In this document: positions 45,658-54,876 of the stretch, in pieces
Layout of the letters: the number at the start of each line of letters is the position of its first letter
How positions within the stretch are numbered: position 1 is the first letter of the stretch
Assembly: GCA_964555335.1 (NCBI GenBank)
Contig: CAZKSG010000001.1
Location: forward strand, 7,336-71,335
From: an uncultured Anaerolinea sp.
GTDB taxonomy: Bacteria > Chloroflexota > Anaerolineae > Anaerolineales > Villigracilaceae
Length of the DNA: 64,000 nucleotides
Reading direction: 5' to 3'
Made by a program: the position numbers and the translations under genes
The notes under the pieces: generated by a model
What the model saw: the letters and a program-made list of their open reading frames with translations, nothing else
Told to the model about the DNA's origin: nothing
The model's database searches: none

Positions 45658-47952
45658 ATGAAGTTTCGAATCCTAAATTTGCTGCTTGTCGCCATTCTCG
45701 TATCAGGCATTTTGCTGGCGAGCGCACAAACTGTCTCTTCTGTGCAGGCACAATCGGGCTTCTTCCAGGCGGGGACGCCATCGCCCAGTGACGATACCAT
45801 TTACCTGTATCAGTTAAAGCAGACTGATATTCAACTTAGGGGGCCATACGATTCTGCATCCGTTTCTTTTGATCTGCCTGCAGAATGGAAGCTGACCAAA
45901 CCTGCTGAACTCTTTCTGGATCTGACGGTTTCCCTGAGTCTCTTTGTCGACTCGGGATCTGCCCCTCTTTCTCCAGGGGCAGGTGGAAGCCTGTCAGTGG
46001 AGTTCAATCGTGAGGTTGTGGGTACCTTCCCATTGAATCAAAATGGCGATGTTACAGTCCGCGTTCCCATTCCAATCGAGCAATTAACACCGATTCGCGA
46101 CGATGGCCGCCAGGAGCTCATATTTGTTTTGGATAGTGGATTTTCGTGCCTGGTTAACCAGCAAATGACAGTTGTTGTTAATGATTCGTCAGGATTCATA
46201 TTTCCTCATGAAACTACGCTCCCAGACATCAATCTGGCGAGATTTCCATTTCCCATCTATCAAGATTCCATTTTCAATGATGGTATTCTGATCGTGATTC
46301 CCGACCAGCCTGCCCCAGAAGAGCTTCAAAGTGCAATGACGGTAGCTGCCGGACTTGGCAGGCTTACCGGACTGAACGCATCATTAGACCTGGCAGCGAT
46401 GAGCAAAGTCACACCAGAGCAGCTTGCAGCAAATCATCTTGTCCTGGTGGGAAAGTCCGCATCGCTTTCATTGGCGGACAAATTGAAGCTTCCTCTTGCT
46501 TTGCAGGCAGGGAAATTTCAAGCCTCCGGCGGCGATGAAAATGATGGAATTATTCAAATGGTGCATTCTCCCTGGAGCGATCGCCATGTCGTGTTGCTGG
46601 TTTCAGGTACTACTGAAATTGGCGTTCTGAAAGCAGCACAGGCGGTTTCCACTGGGGTGCTTCGGGCGAATATTGCTCCCAATGTGTCGGTGGTGCAGGA
46701 TGTACAGGGTAATGTTCAACAGCCCTCACAGGGAAGCGATGTGACATTGAGCGGTCTTGGATACACGGATACCACTCTCCAACGTCGGGGTGTTGCATCT
46801 GTTGCGTATCAGTTTTATATCCCTCCAGATCGCGTTCTCAGTCCTGACGCCTACTTTGAATTGGTATACGGAAATTCTGCATTGCTCAACTATGCCCGTT
46901 CCGGCCTGGTGGTTCAGATCAATGGTCAGCCAGTGGGTAGTGTTCGTTTTAGCGATATAACGGCCTCTCAAACAACAAACCGGGTTCAAATCAGTGTGCC
47001 TCCATCCATCGTGGTCTCAGGAATCAACAAACTGGAGATCATTTCCAGTCTTCAGCCCATTGACAATTGTTCTGTGCCCACCCTGCGAGGCATGTGGACC
47101 AATATTTGGTCTGAGTCTCGTCTGCATCTGCCCCTTATCACCATGCCAATTGAGGTGGCGCCTGTCTTTGATCTTGGAGATTTTCCTGCTCCTTTAACCC
47201 TCGACCCATCTCTGGGCACCACTGCCTTTGTGCTGCAACGCAATGACTTGGATTCATGGCGCTCCGCCCTGCAAATAGCTGCTTATTTGGGTGATCGAAG
47301 CAACGGTTCCATCTCCTTATTGCAGACCTACTATGCAGATGCAGTACCAGAATCGGCGCGTGCGAGTCTTAACTTTGTGGTCATCGGCATGCCGTCGCAA
47401 ATGCCAATCGTGTCGGAATTGAATAATTTTCTTCCAGTACCATTTGAACTCAAGTCTGGGATTGCAAATGAACGCAATATGCAAGTAAAGTATCGAATCC
47501 CCGCCTCTTCGCCAATAGGCTATGTGGAACTATTAACTTCGCCCTGGAGTCAAAGCAAAGTGATTATCGCTGCACTTGGCAACTTAAAGCAGGGTGTGGC
47601 GTGGGGAGCGTCGGCTTTGTACACATCGTCGCTTCGTTCGCGCCTCTCTGGAAACTTCGCCGCGATCAATGATCAACAGGTGGTTTCAGCAGATACGCGG
47701 ATTACTACACCGGCTGAGATTCCCTCCAGTCAGCCAGCAGTAGAGGCGACCCCTGCAAGTACAGATACCCAACCGCAGGCTGGGAGTCGTCCGGTTTGGA
47801 TTCTTCCGGCTTTGAGCGTTACAGTGATGATAATTGTCTTAATTCTTTTCTGGGTTTTCTATAACATGTTTGTTCGTGATCGAAAGCAGGGCATGGTCAA
47901 AGTAACCGACGTAGGAAATGATGAAGACCGTGAAATTGGACGAGAAAAATAA
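45658..47952 (+). CDS. BcsB-like (cellulose synthase regulatory subunit-like) protein with signal peptide and C-terminal TM anchor
   Basis: Two repeats match the pattern 'L.G....~.F.LP.....~.A.L.L........S.L.V..N...VG...L' (around DIQLRGPYDSASVSFDLP...SLSVEFNREVVGTF, and again at VAYQFYIPPD...GLVVQINGQPVGSV). Size about 760 aa, single C-terminal helix. The call was made by eye only. Confidence 0.5.
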   Translation: MKFRILNLLLVAILVSGILLASAQTVSSVQAQSGFFQAGTPSPSDDTIYLYQLKQTDIQLRGPYDSASVSFDLPAEWKLTKPAELFLDLTVSLSLFVDSGSAPLSPGAGGSLSVEFNREVVGTFPLNQNGDVTVRVPIPIEQLTPIRDDGRQELIFVLDSGFSCLVNQQMTVVVNDSSGFIFPHETTLPDINLARFPFPIYQDSIFNDGILIVIPDQPAPEELQSAMTVAAGLGRLTGLNASLDLAAMSKVTPEQLAANHLVLVGKSASLSLADKLKLPLALQAGKFQASGGDENDGIIQMVHSPWSDRHVVLLVSGTTEIGVLKAAQAVSTGVLRANIAPNVSVVQDVQGNVQQPSQGSDVTLSGLGYTDTTLQRRGVASVAYQFYIPPDRVLSPDAYFELVYGNSALLNYARSGLVVQINGQPVGSVRFSDITASQTTNRVQISVPPSIVVSGINKLEIISSLQPIDNCSVPTLRGMWTNIWSESRLHLPLITMPIEVAPVFDLGDFPAPLTLDPSLGTTAFVLQRNDLDSWRSALQIAAYLGDRSNGSISLLQTYYADAVPESARASLNFVVIGMPSQMPIVSELNNFLPVPFELKSGIANERNMQVKYRIPASSPIGYVELLTSPWSQSKVIIAALGNLKQGVAWGASALYTSSLRSRLSGNFAAINDQQVVSADTRITTPAEIPSSQPAVEATPASTDTQPQAGSRPVWILPALSVTVMIIVLILFWVFYNMFVRDRKQGMVKVTDVGNDEDREIGREK

Positions 47953-47969
47953 GGGACCCTCTTCGTAGT

Positions 47970-48010
47970 AATGAGAAAAGCACCTGGATATTCCAGGTGC
48001 TTTTCTCATT
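47970..48010. terminator. Bidirectional terminator hairpin
   Basis: aatgagaaaagcacctgga / tccaggtgcttttctcatt, a 19-bp stem with a 3-nt loop. It overlaps the stop codon of the minus-strand gene. Confidence 0.7.
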
Positions 48011-49214
48011 TAATGTTGATTTCAACTTTATGTGTTTCAGGGTTAACCATGACACTCCCATGAGCAAAATCTCTCCTCCATGCAGTGCCGTCGCGGTAAC
48101 GTAGCCCAAGAGGCGTACCAAGGTTGATTCTATAGTCATCATACATCCAGACATCCCGGTATTTATTGCTATTGGCATACCGAAAAAAGGCATTTCCCTG
48201 GTTGATGAGCAAATAAGATGCAAATGCGAATTTTTGCAGGGACGTATCTTCCTGGGCGCCTTGAGCGACTAGAATAATGGATTTTCCCATTTTCTGTGTT
48301 TGTTCGGCAAGTTCCATTTGTTTTTCCCACGTTTCTGCCGGACGGTATCCATTTGGCCAATCAATTGCCCAGCCTTCGTGCATAACACCATCCAGATACA
48401 TGATTTGGCTTGTCCAGACCGCATCGTCTCTACGGGAAACCAGGTTTGCAAAAAGGAGTTTCTTTTCAGGTTGAAAATAGTTCTCGTATAGATATTGTAG
48501 GAAGCCCTGGACTGCAATTTGGAGGCTGGCATCATCAGGATATGCGGCAGGTAGATAACCGCTTTTTTCCTGAAAGGCCAGCGTCACCGGGACGTTGTCG
48601 AGAAACACACCATTCCAGTTTGGATCTGCCTGGGTTTGTTTAATACGATCAAGGAAGTAGGAACGCCAGCCGGGATTCCCTGGATCCATAAGGTATAAGT
48701 TATTATCATCATCTTGTTTAACGATACGTCTGCCTTGCGTATCAAGCAGAAACCAATCGGGATGCTGTTCGCTGATCAGACAGAAATCTCCGGGCATATA
48801 AGCGATTTGATTTGCATCCGGGCTGGCGGTACACGAACCCGGGTCTTGGATCGCTTCGAATAGAAGATACTGAAGGATGGGACCTCGCGCACCCATGGCA
48901 ATCATCATGTCTCGTTCTTCTTCTTTTCGATGATGCAGGATGAACAAATCAAACCACTGTAATACATTAAGAAGATCCTCGTCGCGAGGGATGTTTGTGA
49001 ACCAGGCCAGGCGGACAAGAGGAAACGGCCCGGCATTGGATGTAGGTGTGATGAGCCCGGGTTGTAAGTTCAATGGCGTTGGCGTGAGAACAGGTTCAAC
49101 TGTTGTTTGATCTGAAGTATTTGTTTCTTGAAATTTACCCAGTAGGAGTAAATAGGCAATAATTGACAGTACCATAAACGAGAGAATTGATTTCACAATG
49201 ACTTGACGTTTCAC
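48006..49214 (-). CDS. Putative secreted/anchored polysaccharide hydrolase (TIM-barrel, GH114/GHL-like)
   Basis: N-terminal anchor, LMDPGNPGWRSYF and WNGVFLDNV blocks reminiscent of GH114/GHL15-type enzymes. The assignment is weak. Confidence 0.4.
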   Translation of the reverse strand: MKRQVIVKSILSFMVLSIIAYLLLLGKFQETNTSDQTTVEPVLTPTPLNLQPGLITPTSNAGPFPLVRLAWFTNIPRDEDLLNVLQWFDLFILHHRKEEERDMMIAMGARGPILQYLLFEAIQDPGSCTASPDANQIAYMPGDFCLISEQHPDWFLLDTQGRRIVKQDDDNNLYLMDPGNPGWRSYFLDRIKQTQADPNWNGVFLDNVPVTLAFQEKSGYLPAAYPDDASLQIAVQGFLQYLYENYFQPEKKLLFANLVSRRDDAVWTSQIMYLDGVMHEGWAIDWPNGYRPAETWEKQMELAEQTQKMGKSIILVAQGAQEDTSLQKFAFASYLLINQGNAFFRYANSNKYRDVWMYDDYRINLGTPLGLRYRDGTAWRRDFAHGSVMVNPETHKVEINIK

Positions 49215-49372
49215 TTTTATTTTTTCCTTCTGATTTTTTCGATGATTGCGTCCGGAGACTCCACCCTGCTGGATGCAAGCTTTGTGATTTGAACTTTAAA
49301 TCCAATCATTTGTACAAGCCTGATGATTGGATTATATCTGGAAGATTTTGTTCATTAATTTACCGAGTGTTT

Positions 49373-50701
49373 ATGAAATACGATATCCCGTCTTGGCTGG
49401 AAAAACAATACAGACGTATTCTGATTGTTTGCACCGGTCTGATTATAGTAGTAGGAATTGTACTCATGCAAGTGAAGATGATCGAGTTGGATTCCGGGCA
49501 GACAAGAAGTTGGTGGGAGATCATTCATAACGTTGAGACTGGCAGGGGGTATAAAGCTTGCAATGAGGGATACGTCCCTAATTGCAGACTCACAAATCAG
49601 TATACGGCCATCCGTGAACCCTTACCTGTTTACTTGTTTGCTTTGGTTGGCCGGGTCACACACGACTCAGTAATTGCGTTTCAGCTTGTCCAAATTACAC
49701 TTGTTCTGCTGATACTGTTGGGTGTCTTCCAGGTGGGGCGTGAGGTAGGTGGACTCTCCACTGGGTCCCTCGCTGTTTTAATCTGGACTATTTATGTACC
49801 CGCCATGCGACTCGAAGTGAAAATTACTGGCGATTTGCTGGAGGGTATGTTCATGGTGTTTGGTACATTGAAATTCCTGCATGTTTTGAAACGAGGGGAA
49901 TCCAAAGATTGGATCATGTTTGGGATTCTGTTTGGTCTCGCTGTACTTTCGCGGTCTGCAGCTTTAATTTTTGTGAGCGCACTGGGCTTTGGATATCTGG
50001 TGTATGTATATATGAAGAGGAGAAATCTGATCCCGGTGATGGATGGTTGGCACAAGAAAGCCACATCTTCCATCATCGCTTTTGCTTTAGTACTCTCTCC
50101 GTGGGCGCTTCGTAATTGGCTGGTTTTCGGAAAACCTGTAATCGGTACAACGTTGACTGGTTATGTCATCTACCGTCACAACGCCATTGTTGCCAGTGAT
50201 GCTCCTCCACATTTCGTTGGCCCGGCAGAAGCTATTGAGTTGATCAAGAAACTTTCTGTCCGCCGCCCTGAACTTTTGACTCCCCTTAATGAGGTTCAGG
50301 TGAATCACCTTTTTATGGAGGAGTCTCTTTCACTGATCAAGGCCCATCCTGGGAACTATATTAAGCTTTCTTTATATCGGTTTATCCCTTTGTGGTTTGA
50401 CGTTGGTATTGCTGAACAGTATGGCGAACAAATATTTATATGGCGATGGCCCATGATCTTTGAACAGATCATATTGCTTATAATTTTCATTCTTGGTTTG
50501 CGAATAGACGATTTACGGCTCCGATTGATTGGTTTTGGGATCTTTATTTATATTCTGGCTTATCTTGGTGTACAAGGACAATTACGATACCTGGTTCCTA
50601 TTTCGCCGGAAATTATAGTGATTGGAAGTATGGGATTCTTAAATGGAATGTCTCTGCGCAAACATATGGTGGGTAAGAGGCAGATTGCGAGTGATAGTTA
50701 G
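49373..50701 (+). CDS. GT-C fold glycosyltransferase (family 39 / ArnT-PMT-like) membrane protein
   Basis: About 11 TM segments with a first extracytoplasmic loop (REPLPVY) and overall ArnT-like topology. The start was trimmed to the ATG at 49373. Confidence 0.5.
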   Translation: MKYDIPSWLEKQYRRILIVCTGLIIVVGIVLMQVKMIELDSGQTRSWWEIIHNVETGRGYKACNEGYVPNCRLTNQYTAIREPLPVYLFALVGRVTHDSVIAFQLVQITLVLLILLGVFQVGREVGGLSTGSLAVLIWTIYVPAMRLEVKITGDLLEGMFMVFGTLKFLHVLKRGESKDWIMFGILFGLAVLSRSAALIFVSALGFGYLVYVYMKRRNLIPVMDGWHKKATSSIIAFALVLSPWALRNWLVFGKPVIGTTLTGYVIYRHNAIVASDAPPHFVGPAEAIELIKKLSVRRPELLTPLNEVQVNHLFMEESLSLIKAHPGNYIKLSLYRFIPLWFDVGIAEQYGEQIFIWRWPMIFEQIILLIIFILGLRIDDLRLRLIGFGIFIYILAYLGVQGQLRYLVPISPEIIVIGSMGFLNGMSLRKHMVGKRQIASDS

Positions 50702-50946
50702 CGCAAGTTGTCACCTTTTCCCAAAAATACAATAATGTCACCCCGCGGGAATATAATTTTGCGACCGAAGGGTATCGGATAGCCATGGTAGAGACACTTT
50801 CACCGAACGCACACGTAGGTGTCGGGAAGTACGGTTTGCTTCGGGGGCAAGACTTATCTTGCCATAGGCAGTAACTGGATTACTAACAACAGAGACGATG
50901 GTAGTGGGTGGAAAATACGAGGTTTCCCAATTTTGAAAATTGGGTA

Positions 50947-50975
50947 TTGACATTCGATTTTCTTTTTGCTACACT
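50947..50975 (+). promoter_or_regulatory. Candidate sigma-70 promoter of the sugar-utilisation locus
   Basis: TTGACA (50947-50952), a 17-nt spacer, then TACACT (50970-50975). Confidence 0.55.
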
Positions 50976-51004
50976 ATTAACGCGTGTTATTAACACGTGT
51001 TAAT
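50976..51004 (+). promoter_or_regulatory. Tandem LacI-type operators
   Basis: A perfect 16-bp palindrome ATTAACACGTGTTAAT (50989-51004) is preceded by the near-copy ATTAACGCGTGTTAT (50976-50990), directly after the -10 box. Confidence 0.55.
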
Positions 51005-51029
51005 AACTTTACCATTTCTGTCTAAATAT

Positions 51030-52073
51030 ATGCCTAAAAAACGAGTAACCAGTCAAGATGTGGCAAATCTGGCAGGAGTCTCCCGTACAACGGTCTCCTT
51101 TGTCCTGAACGATGTTAAAGCTTTTAACATCAGCGCTGAAACACGTCAGAAGGTTCGTGATGCTGCTGAGAGCTTGAATTATGTTCCAGATGCGTCAGCG
51201 CAAGCGTTGGCAAGTCGCCGCGCCAAAGCGATTGGACTCGTGATGACTCGTACTCCACATCATATTGCGACAGATACCTTTTTGCCACAGATCATCGGGG
51301 GAATGATGGAAGTGATCAAGGATAACAAGCTTCGTCTGCTGATCGAATATGTGGAAGCTGAGCACCAGGACCGTGCCTACCTTCAGTTGGCACATGCAAA
51401 ACATATTGACGGCATGATCCTTCTCACTCCCCGCCTCAATGACGCCGGGTTGAAGAAACTTGAACAAGTTGACATCCCCACCGTGCTGATGGGCGAGATC
51501 GAAGGTTCCAATCTCTATTCTGTGGATGTAGATAACCGACTCGCCGCACAAAAAGCGGTCGAATACCTGCTGGAACTGGGGCATACCCAGATCGCCTGCA
51601 TCACGAATGCCCCTCCATCGTACACTGCCGCACCCGATCGCGTGCTTGGATATAAAAACGCCTTGATAAATGCAGGCATTGAACCGGACGAAGGCATGAT
51701 CCGATATGCAGACTTCACTCCGGAAAGCGGTTATATCCAGATGAGGTCCCTACTTGCTTCCGGTAAATCGTTCACAGCCGTATTCGCTGCAAGCGACAAT
51801 GTTGCCATGGGCGTGAAGTCCGCGTTGCGCGAGGCAGGGATGCGAATTCCGGAAGATATTTCGCTGGTGGGTTTCGATGATATTCCATGGGCACAATATG
51901 CCGACCCGCCACTCACCACCGTGCACTTGCAGGCTCAGGAACTGGCGCGCAGAGCCTGCCTTGTGTTGATGGATCTCTTGAAGGGCAATGCCCCAGAAAC
52001 GAAACGACAGGTGATCAATACCCACCTTGTTGTGCGCAAATCCTGTCGAGCGTTGGAAACCGAAAGGAGGTAA
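51030..52073 (+). CDS. LacI family transcriptional regulator
   Basis: VTSQDVANLAGVSRTTVSFVLN HTH, followed by a periplasmic-binding-protein-like sugar-binding core. Confidence 0.9.
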   Translation: MPKKRVTSQDVANLAGVSRTTVSFVLNDVKAFNISAETRQKVRDAAESLNYVPDASAQALASRRAKAIGLVMTRTPHHIATDTFLPQIIGGMMEVIKDNKLRLLIEYVEAEHQDRAYLQLAHAKHIDGMILLTPRLNDAGLKKLEQVDIPTVLMGEIEGSNLYSVDVDNRLAAQKAVEYLLELGHTQIACITNAPPSYTAAPDRVLGYKNALINAGIEPDEGMIRYADFTPESGYIQMRSLLASGKSFTAVFAASDNVAMGVKSALREAGMRIPEDISLVGFDDIPWAQYADPPLTTVHLQAQELARRACLVLMDLLKGNAPETKRQVINTHLVVRKSCRALETERR

Positions 52074-52149
52074 CCCACGGCAAATAAATAACCCTTTCTG
52101 ACATTCTACAGAGTCGAACGAAACCAAATTAACAATTCGAGGAGAAAGA

Positions 52150-53580
52150 ATGAACAAGAAATCTCTATTGTGGTCCCTGATCAGCCTTGTTGTGCTCGCT
52201 TCCATGATCCTGTCTGCATGTGGAAGCCCGGCCACCGAGGCTCCTGCAGCGACCGAAGCTCCTGCCATGACGGAAGCCCCCGCCGCAACAGAAGCGCCTG
52301 CTGCGACAGAAGCACCTGCCATGCCTGAAGTCAGTTTTGATGTCATGCCCGGTGGTGCATTGGAAGAAGCCCTCAAGGGTACATACAAGGGAACAACGGT
52401 AACTGTGGATGGTGCCTTTGAAGGCAACGATGCGGACGGTGTAAAGTTTGCTGATTCCATGAAAGCTTTTGAAGAAGCCACTGGGATCAAAGTCAACTAC
52501 ATCGGTAACAAGGAATTTGAGGCATCTATTGCGGTTCGTGTGGACGCAGGTGATGCCCCTGACATCGTGGATTTCCCGCAACCTGGCCTTTTCGCTGGCT
52601 TTGTGCGCAGCGGCGACATCGTGCCTGTGAAGAACTTCATCTCTGATGAATGGCTATCGCGCCAATACAACCCCGGCTGGCGGGAATTCAATACCGTGGA
52701 TGGTGTTGAAGCGGGTGTTATGCATCGTTATTCTGGCAAGAGCCTGGTGTGGTATCCCAAGAAGGCCTGGGATGCGGCTGGCTACCAGATTCCCCAGACG
52801 TGGGATGAATTAAAAGCCTTGACCCAGCAGATCGCCGACGATGGCGATACCGCCTGGTGTATTGGTATTGAGTCTGGCGCAGCCACTGGCTGGGTTGCCA
52901 CCGACTGGACTGAAGATATGATGCTCCGCACCACATCCCTGGAGAACTACGACGCCTGGGTTGCTGGCACGTTGCCCTTTGATTCACCTGAAGTGAAGAA
53001 AGCCATCGAAACCTGGAGCGAGGTCTGGTTCAATGACGCTTATGTTTATGGTGGGCGTTCTTCGATTGTCTCCACCGCTTTTGGCGATGCACCCACACCC
53101 ATGTTCCAGGATCCGCCGCAATGCTGGTTGCACAGACAGGCCAACTTCATCACCAGCTTCTTCCCCAAGGATGCGAAATATGGCGTGGATTATGACTTCT
53201 TCTATCTGCCGCCAGTTGACCCTGCTTATGGGAAGCCCTTCCTCGTTGCTGGTGACTTGATCGCCATGTTCAATGACCGTCCGGAAGTGCGCGCATTGAT
53301 GGAATACTTCACGACCCCGCAGTCTGTCAGTGGTTGGTTGCAGGGTGGTGGTGCCATTGCCGCTCAACAGACCGCAACGAAGGATCTGTATGGTTCGGAA
53401 CTGGACTGGGGCGTTTCCCAGCTTGTAGCGCAAGCGACCAGCTTCCGCTTCGATGGTTCTGACCTGATGCCGGGCGAAGTTGGAGCCGGTTCCTTCTGGG
53501 AGCATATCTCCAGCTATGTCGCAGGGTCCGAAGACCTTGATACAGCCATGAAAGCGATCGACGCGACTTGGCCCAAATAG
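52150..53580 (+). CDS. ABC transporter sugar-binding lipoprotein (alpha-glucoside/oligosaccharide type)
   Basis: Lipobox LSAC, a repetitive ATEAPA linker, and a cluster-B SBP-like body of about 430 aa. Confidence 0.85.
   Translation: MNKKSLLWSLISLVVLASMILSACGSPATEAPAATEAPAMTEAPAATEAPAATEAPAMPEVSFDVMPGGALEEALKGTYKGTTVTVDGAFEGNDADGVKFADSMKAFEEATGIKVNYIGNKEFEASIAVRVDAGDAPDIVDFPQPGLFAGFVRSGDIVPVKNFISDEWLSRQYNPGWREFNTVDGVEAGVMHRYSGKSLVWYPKKAWDAAGYQIPQTWDELKALTQQIADDGDTAWCIGIESGAATGWVATDWTEDMMLRTTSLENYDAWVAGTLPFDSPEVKKAIETWSEVWFNDAYVYGGRSSIVSTAFGDAPTPMFQDPPQCWLHRQANFITSFFPKDAKYGVDYDFFYLPPVDPAYGKPFLVAGDLIAMFNDRPEVRALMEYFTTPQSVSGWLQGGGAIAAQQTATKDLYGSELDWGVSQLVAQATSFRFDGSDLMPGEVGAGSFWEHISSYVAGSEDLDTAMKAIDATWPK
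52231..52320 (+). repeat. Five tandem 18-nt units encoding (A/M)TEAPA
   Basis: gccaccgaggctcctgca / gcgaccgaagctcctgcc / atgacggaagcccccgcc / gcaacagaagcgcctgct / gcgacagaagcacctgcc. Confidence 0.9.
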
Positions 53581-53595
53581 CAAGTGATCTATAAT

Positions 53596-53625
53596 GGGGT
53601 GGATGGTCTAATGACCATCCACCCC
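53596..53625 (+). terminator. Hairpin after the binding-protein gene (terminator or attenuator)
   Basis: ggggtggatggtc / gaccatccacccc with a 4-nt loop, then ATCTTTATT. Confidence 0.6.
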
Positions 53626-53720
53626 ATCTTTATTGATAAAATCTGTGTGCAGGAAGATCAGGTCAGAGCAATAGCCATTTACTTCCAGTAGCACCATTTT
53701 TCTCTGCAAGGAGTGGGCCC

Positions 53721-54875
53721 ATGAAATCCCTGAATGCTGCGAGTCAGTCTGTGGGGGCAAGGATCATTTCGTTTTTTGGCCGTATATTACTGGCAGTAGG
53801 AATCCCTCTAATCGCCTTTTACGTGCTTTATCAGGGGTTTCTCTTTCTGAGGGACAGTGATGCACCGCGTGCAGTCATCACACTTGTCGCCATTGTTTGG
53901 GGGGTGGGGGGAGTTGCCATTTTGTACGCGGTTTTCAATAACCTTGTGGAAAAACTCCCCGATGTATGGAGAACACGCCTGCTGCCCTTTGTTTTTGTGG
54001 GGCCAGCCATTGCGATCCTCTCCTGGTATCTGGCAATCCCTACGCTGCGCACATTTTGGATCAGTCTGTTTAGCAGAGATGGTCCTCCGGATGGATTGAA
54101 TATGTGGCAGCAGCTAACCAGTGATTCGTTTGTCGGGCTGAGTAATTACCTGGCTGTCTTCACTGAAAAGTTGATGCTGGAAGCGTTCCGCAACAATATC
54201 ATGTGGATCATCTTTGGCAGCACTTTCTCGGTTGTATTCGGTCTGCTCATTGCTGTGCTTGCTGATCGCAGTCGCTTTGAAAACGTGGCCAAATCTCTCA
54301 TTTTCCTGCCGATGGCGATTTCGTTTGTAGGCGCCAGCATTATCTGGAACTTCATTTATGAATATCGTCCTATAAACCAGCCCCAGATCGGACTGCTAAA
54401 TGCCATTGTGGTGGGGTTGGGAGGAACGCCCCAAGCCTGGCCTCAGTGGGTTGATGTTGCTCCCTGGAATAATTTATTCCTCATTGTGATCGTTGTATGG
54501 CTCCAGGCAGGCTACTCCATGGTGCTGTTCTCGGCGGCGCTCAAAGGCATCCCGGATGAACTGCTGGAAGCCAGCCGTATTGACGGTGCAAACGAAATCC
54601 AGATTTTCTTCCGTATCATGATCCCTTATATCCGTGGGACGGTCATCTCGGTCTGGACCACAGTCGTCATTTTTACCTTGAAGATCTTCGACGTGGTTTG
54701 GGTGATGACTGGCGGACAATTTGGCACGCATGTGATCGCCACGCAATTCTACAGGCAGTCGTTCACCAACCGGAATTCAGGCTTTGGATCAGCCATCGCC
54801 ATTGTACTGTTGATCGCCGTCATCCCGGTGATGATCTATAACCTGAAACAATTCCGCGAACAGGAGGCGTTCTAA
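53721..54875 (+). CDS. Sugar ABC transporter permease (MalF/AglF-like)
   Basis: 6+ TM segments and the EAA-type loop EASRIDGANEIQIFFRIMIP. Confidence 0.85.
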   Translation: MKSLNAASQSVGARIISFFGRILLAVGIPLIAFYVLYQGFLFLRDSDAPRAVITLVAIVWGVGGVAILYAVFNNLVEKLPDVWRTRLLPFVFVGPAIAILSWYLAIPTLRTFWISLFSRDGPPDGLNMWQQLTSDSFVGLSNYLAVFTEKLMLEAFRNNIMWIIFGSTFSVVFGLLIAVLADRSRFENVAKSLIFLPMAISFVGASIIWNFIYEYRPINQPQIGLLNAIVVGLGGTPQAWPQWVDVAPWNNLFLIVIVVWLQAGYSMVLFSAALKGIPDELLEASRIDGANEIQIFFRIMIPYIRGTVISVWTTVVIFTLKIFDVVWVMTGGQFGTHVIATQFYRQSFTNRNSGFGSAIAIVLLIAVIPVMIYNLKQFREQEAF

Positions 54876-54876
54876 C

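Noticed and set aside
50738-50953. A 71-aa minus-strand ORF in the gap before the LacI regulator.
   Set aside because: It has no start context or family resemblance, and it overlaps the predicted promoter and palindrome. The region is more likely non-coding regulatory DNA.
51750-52496. A 248-aa minus-strand ORF with an AGASVAAGASV repeat.
   Set aside because: It is the reverse complement of the LacI 3' end and of the ATEAPA linker repeat of the binding protein, and it spans an intergenic region. It is not a real gene.
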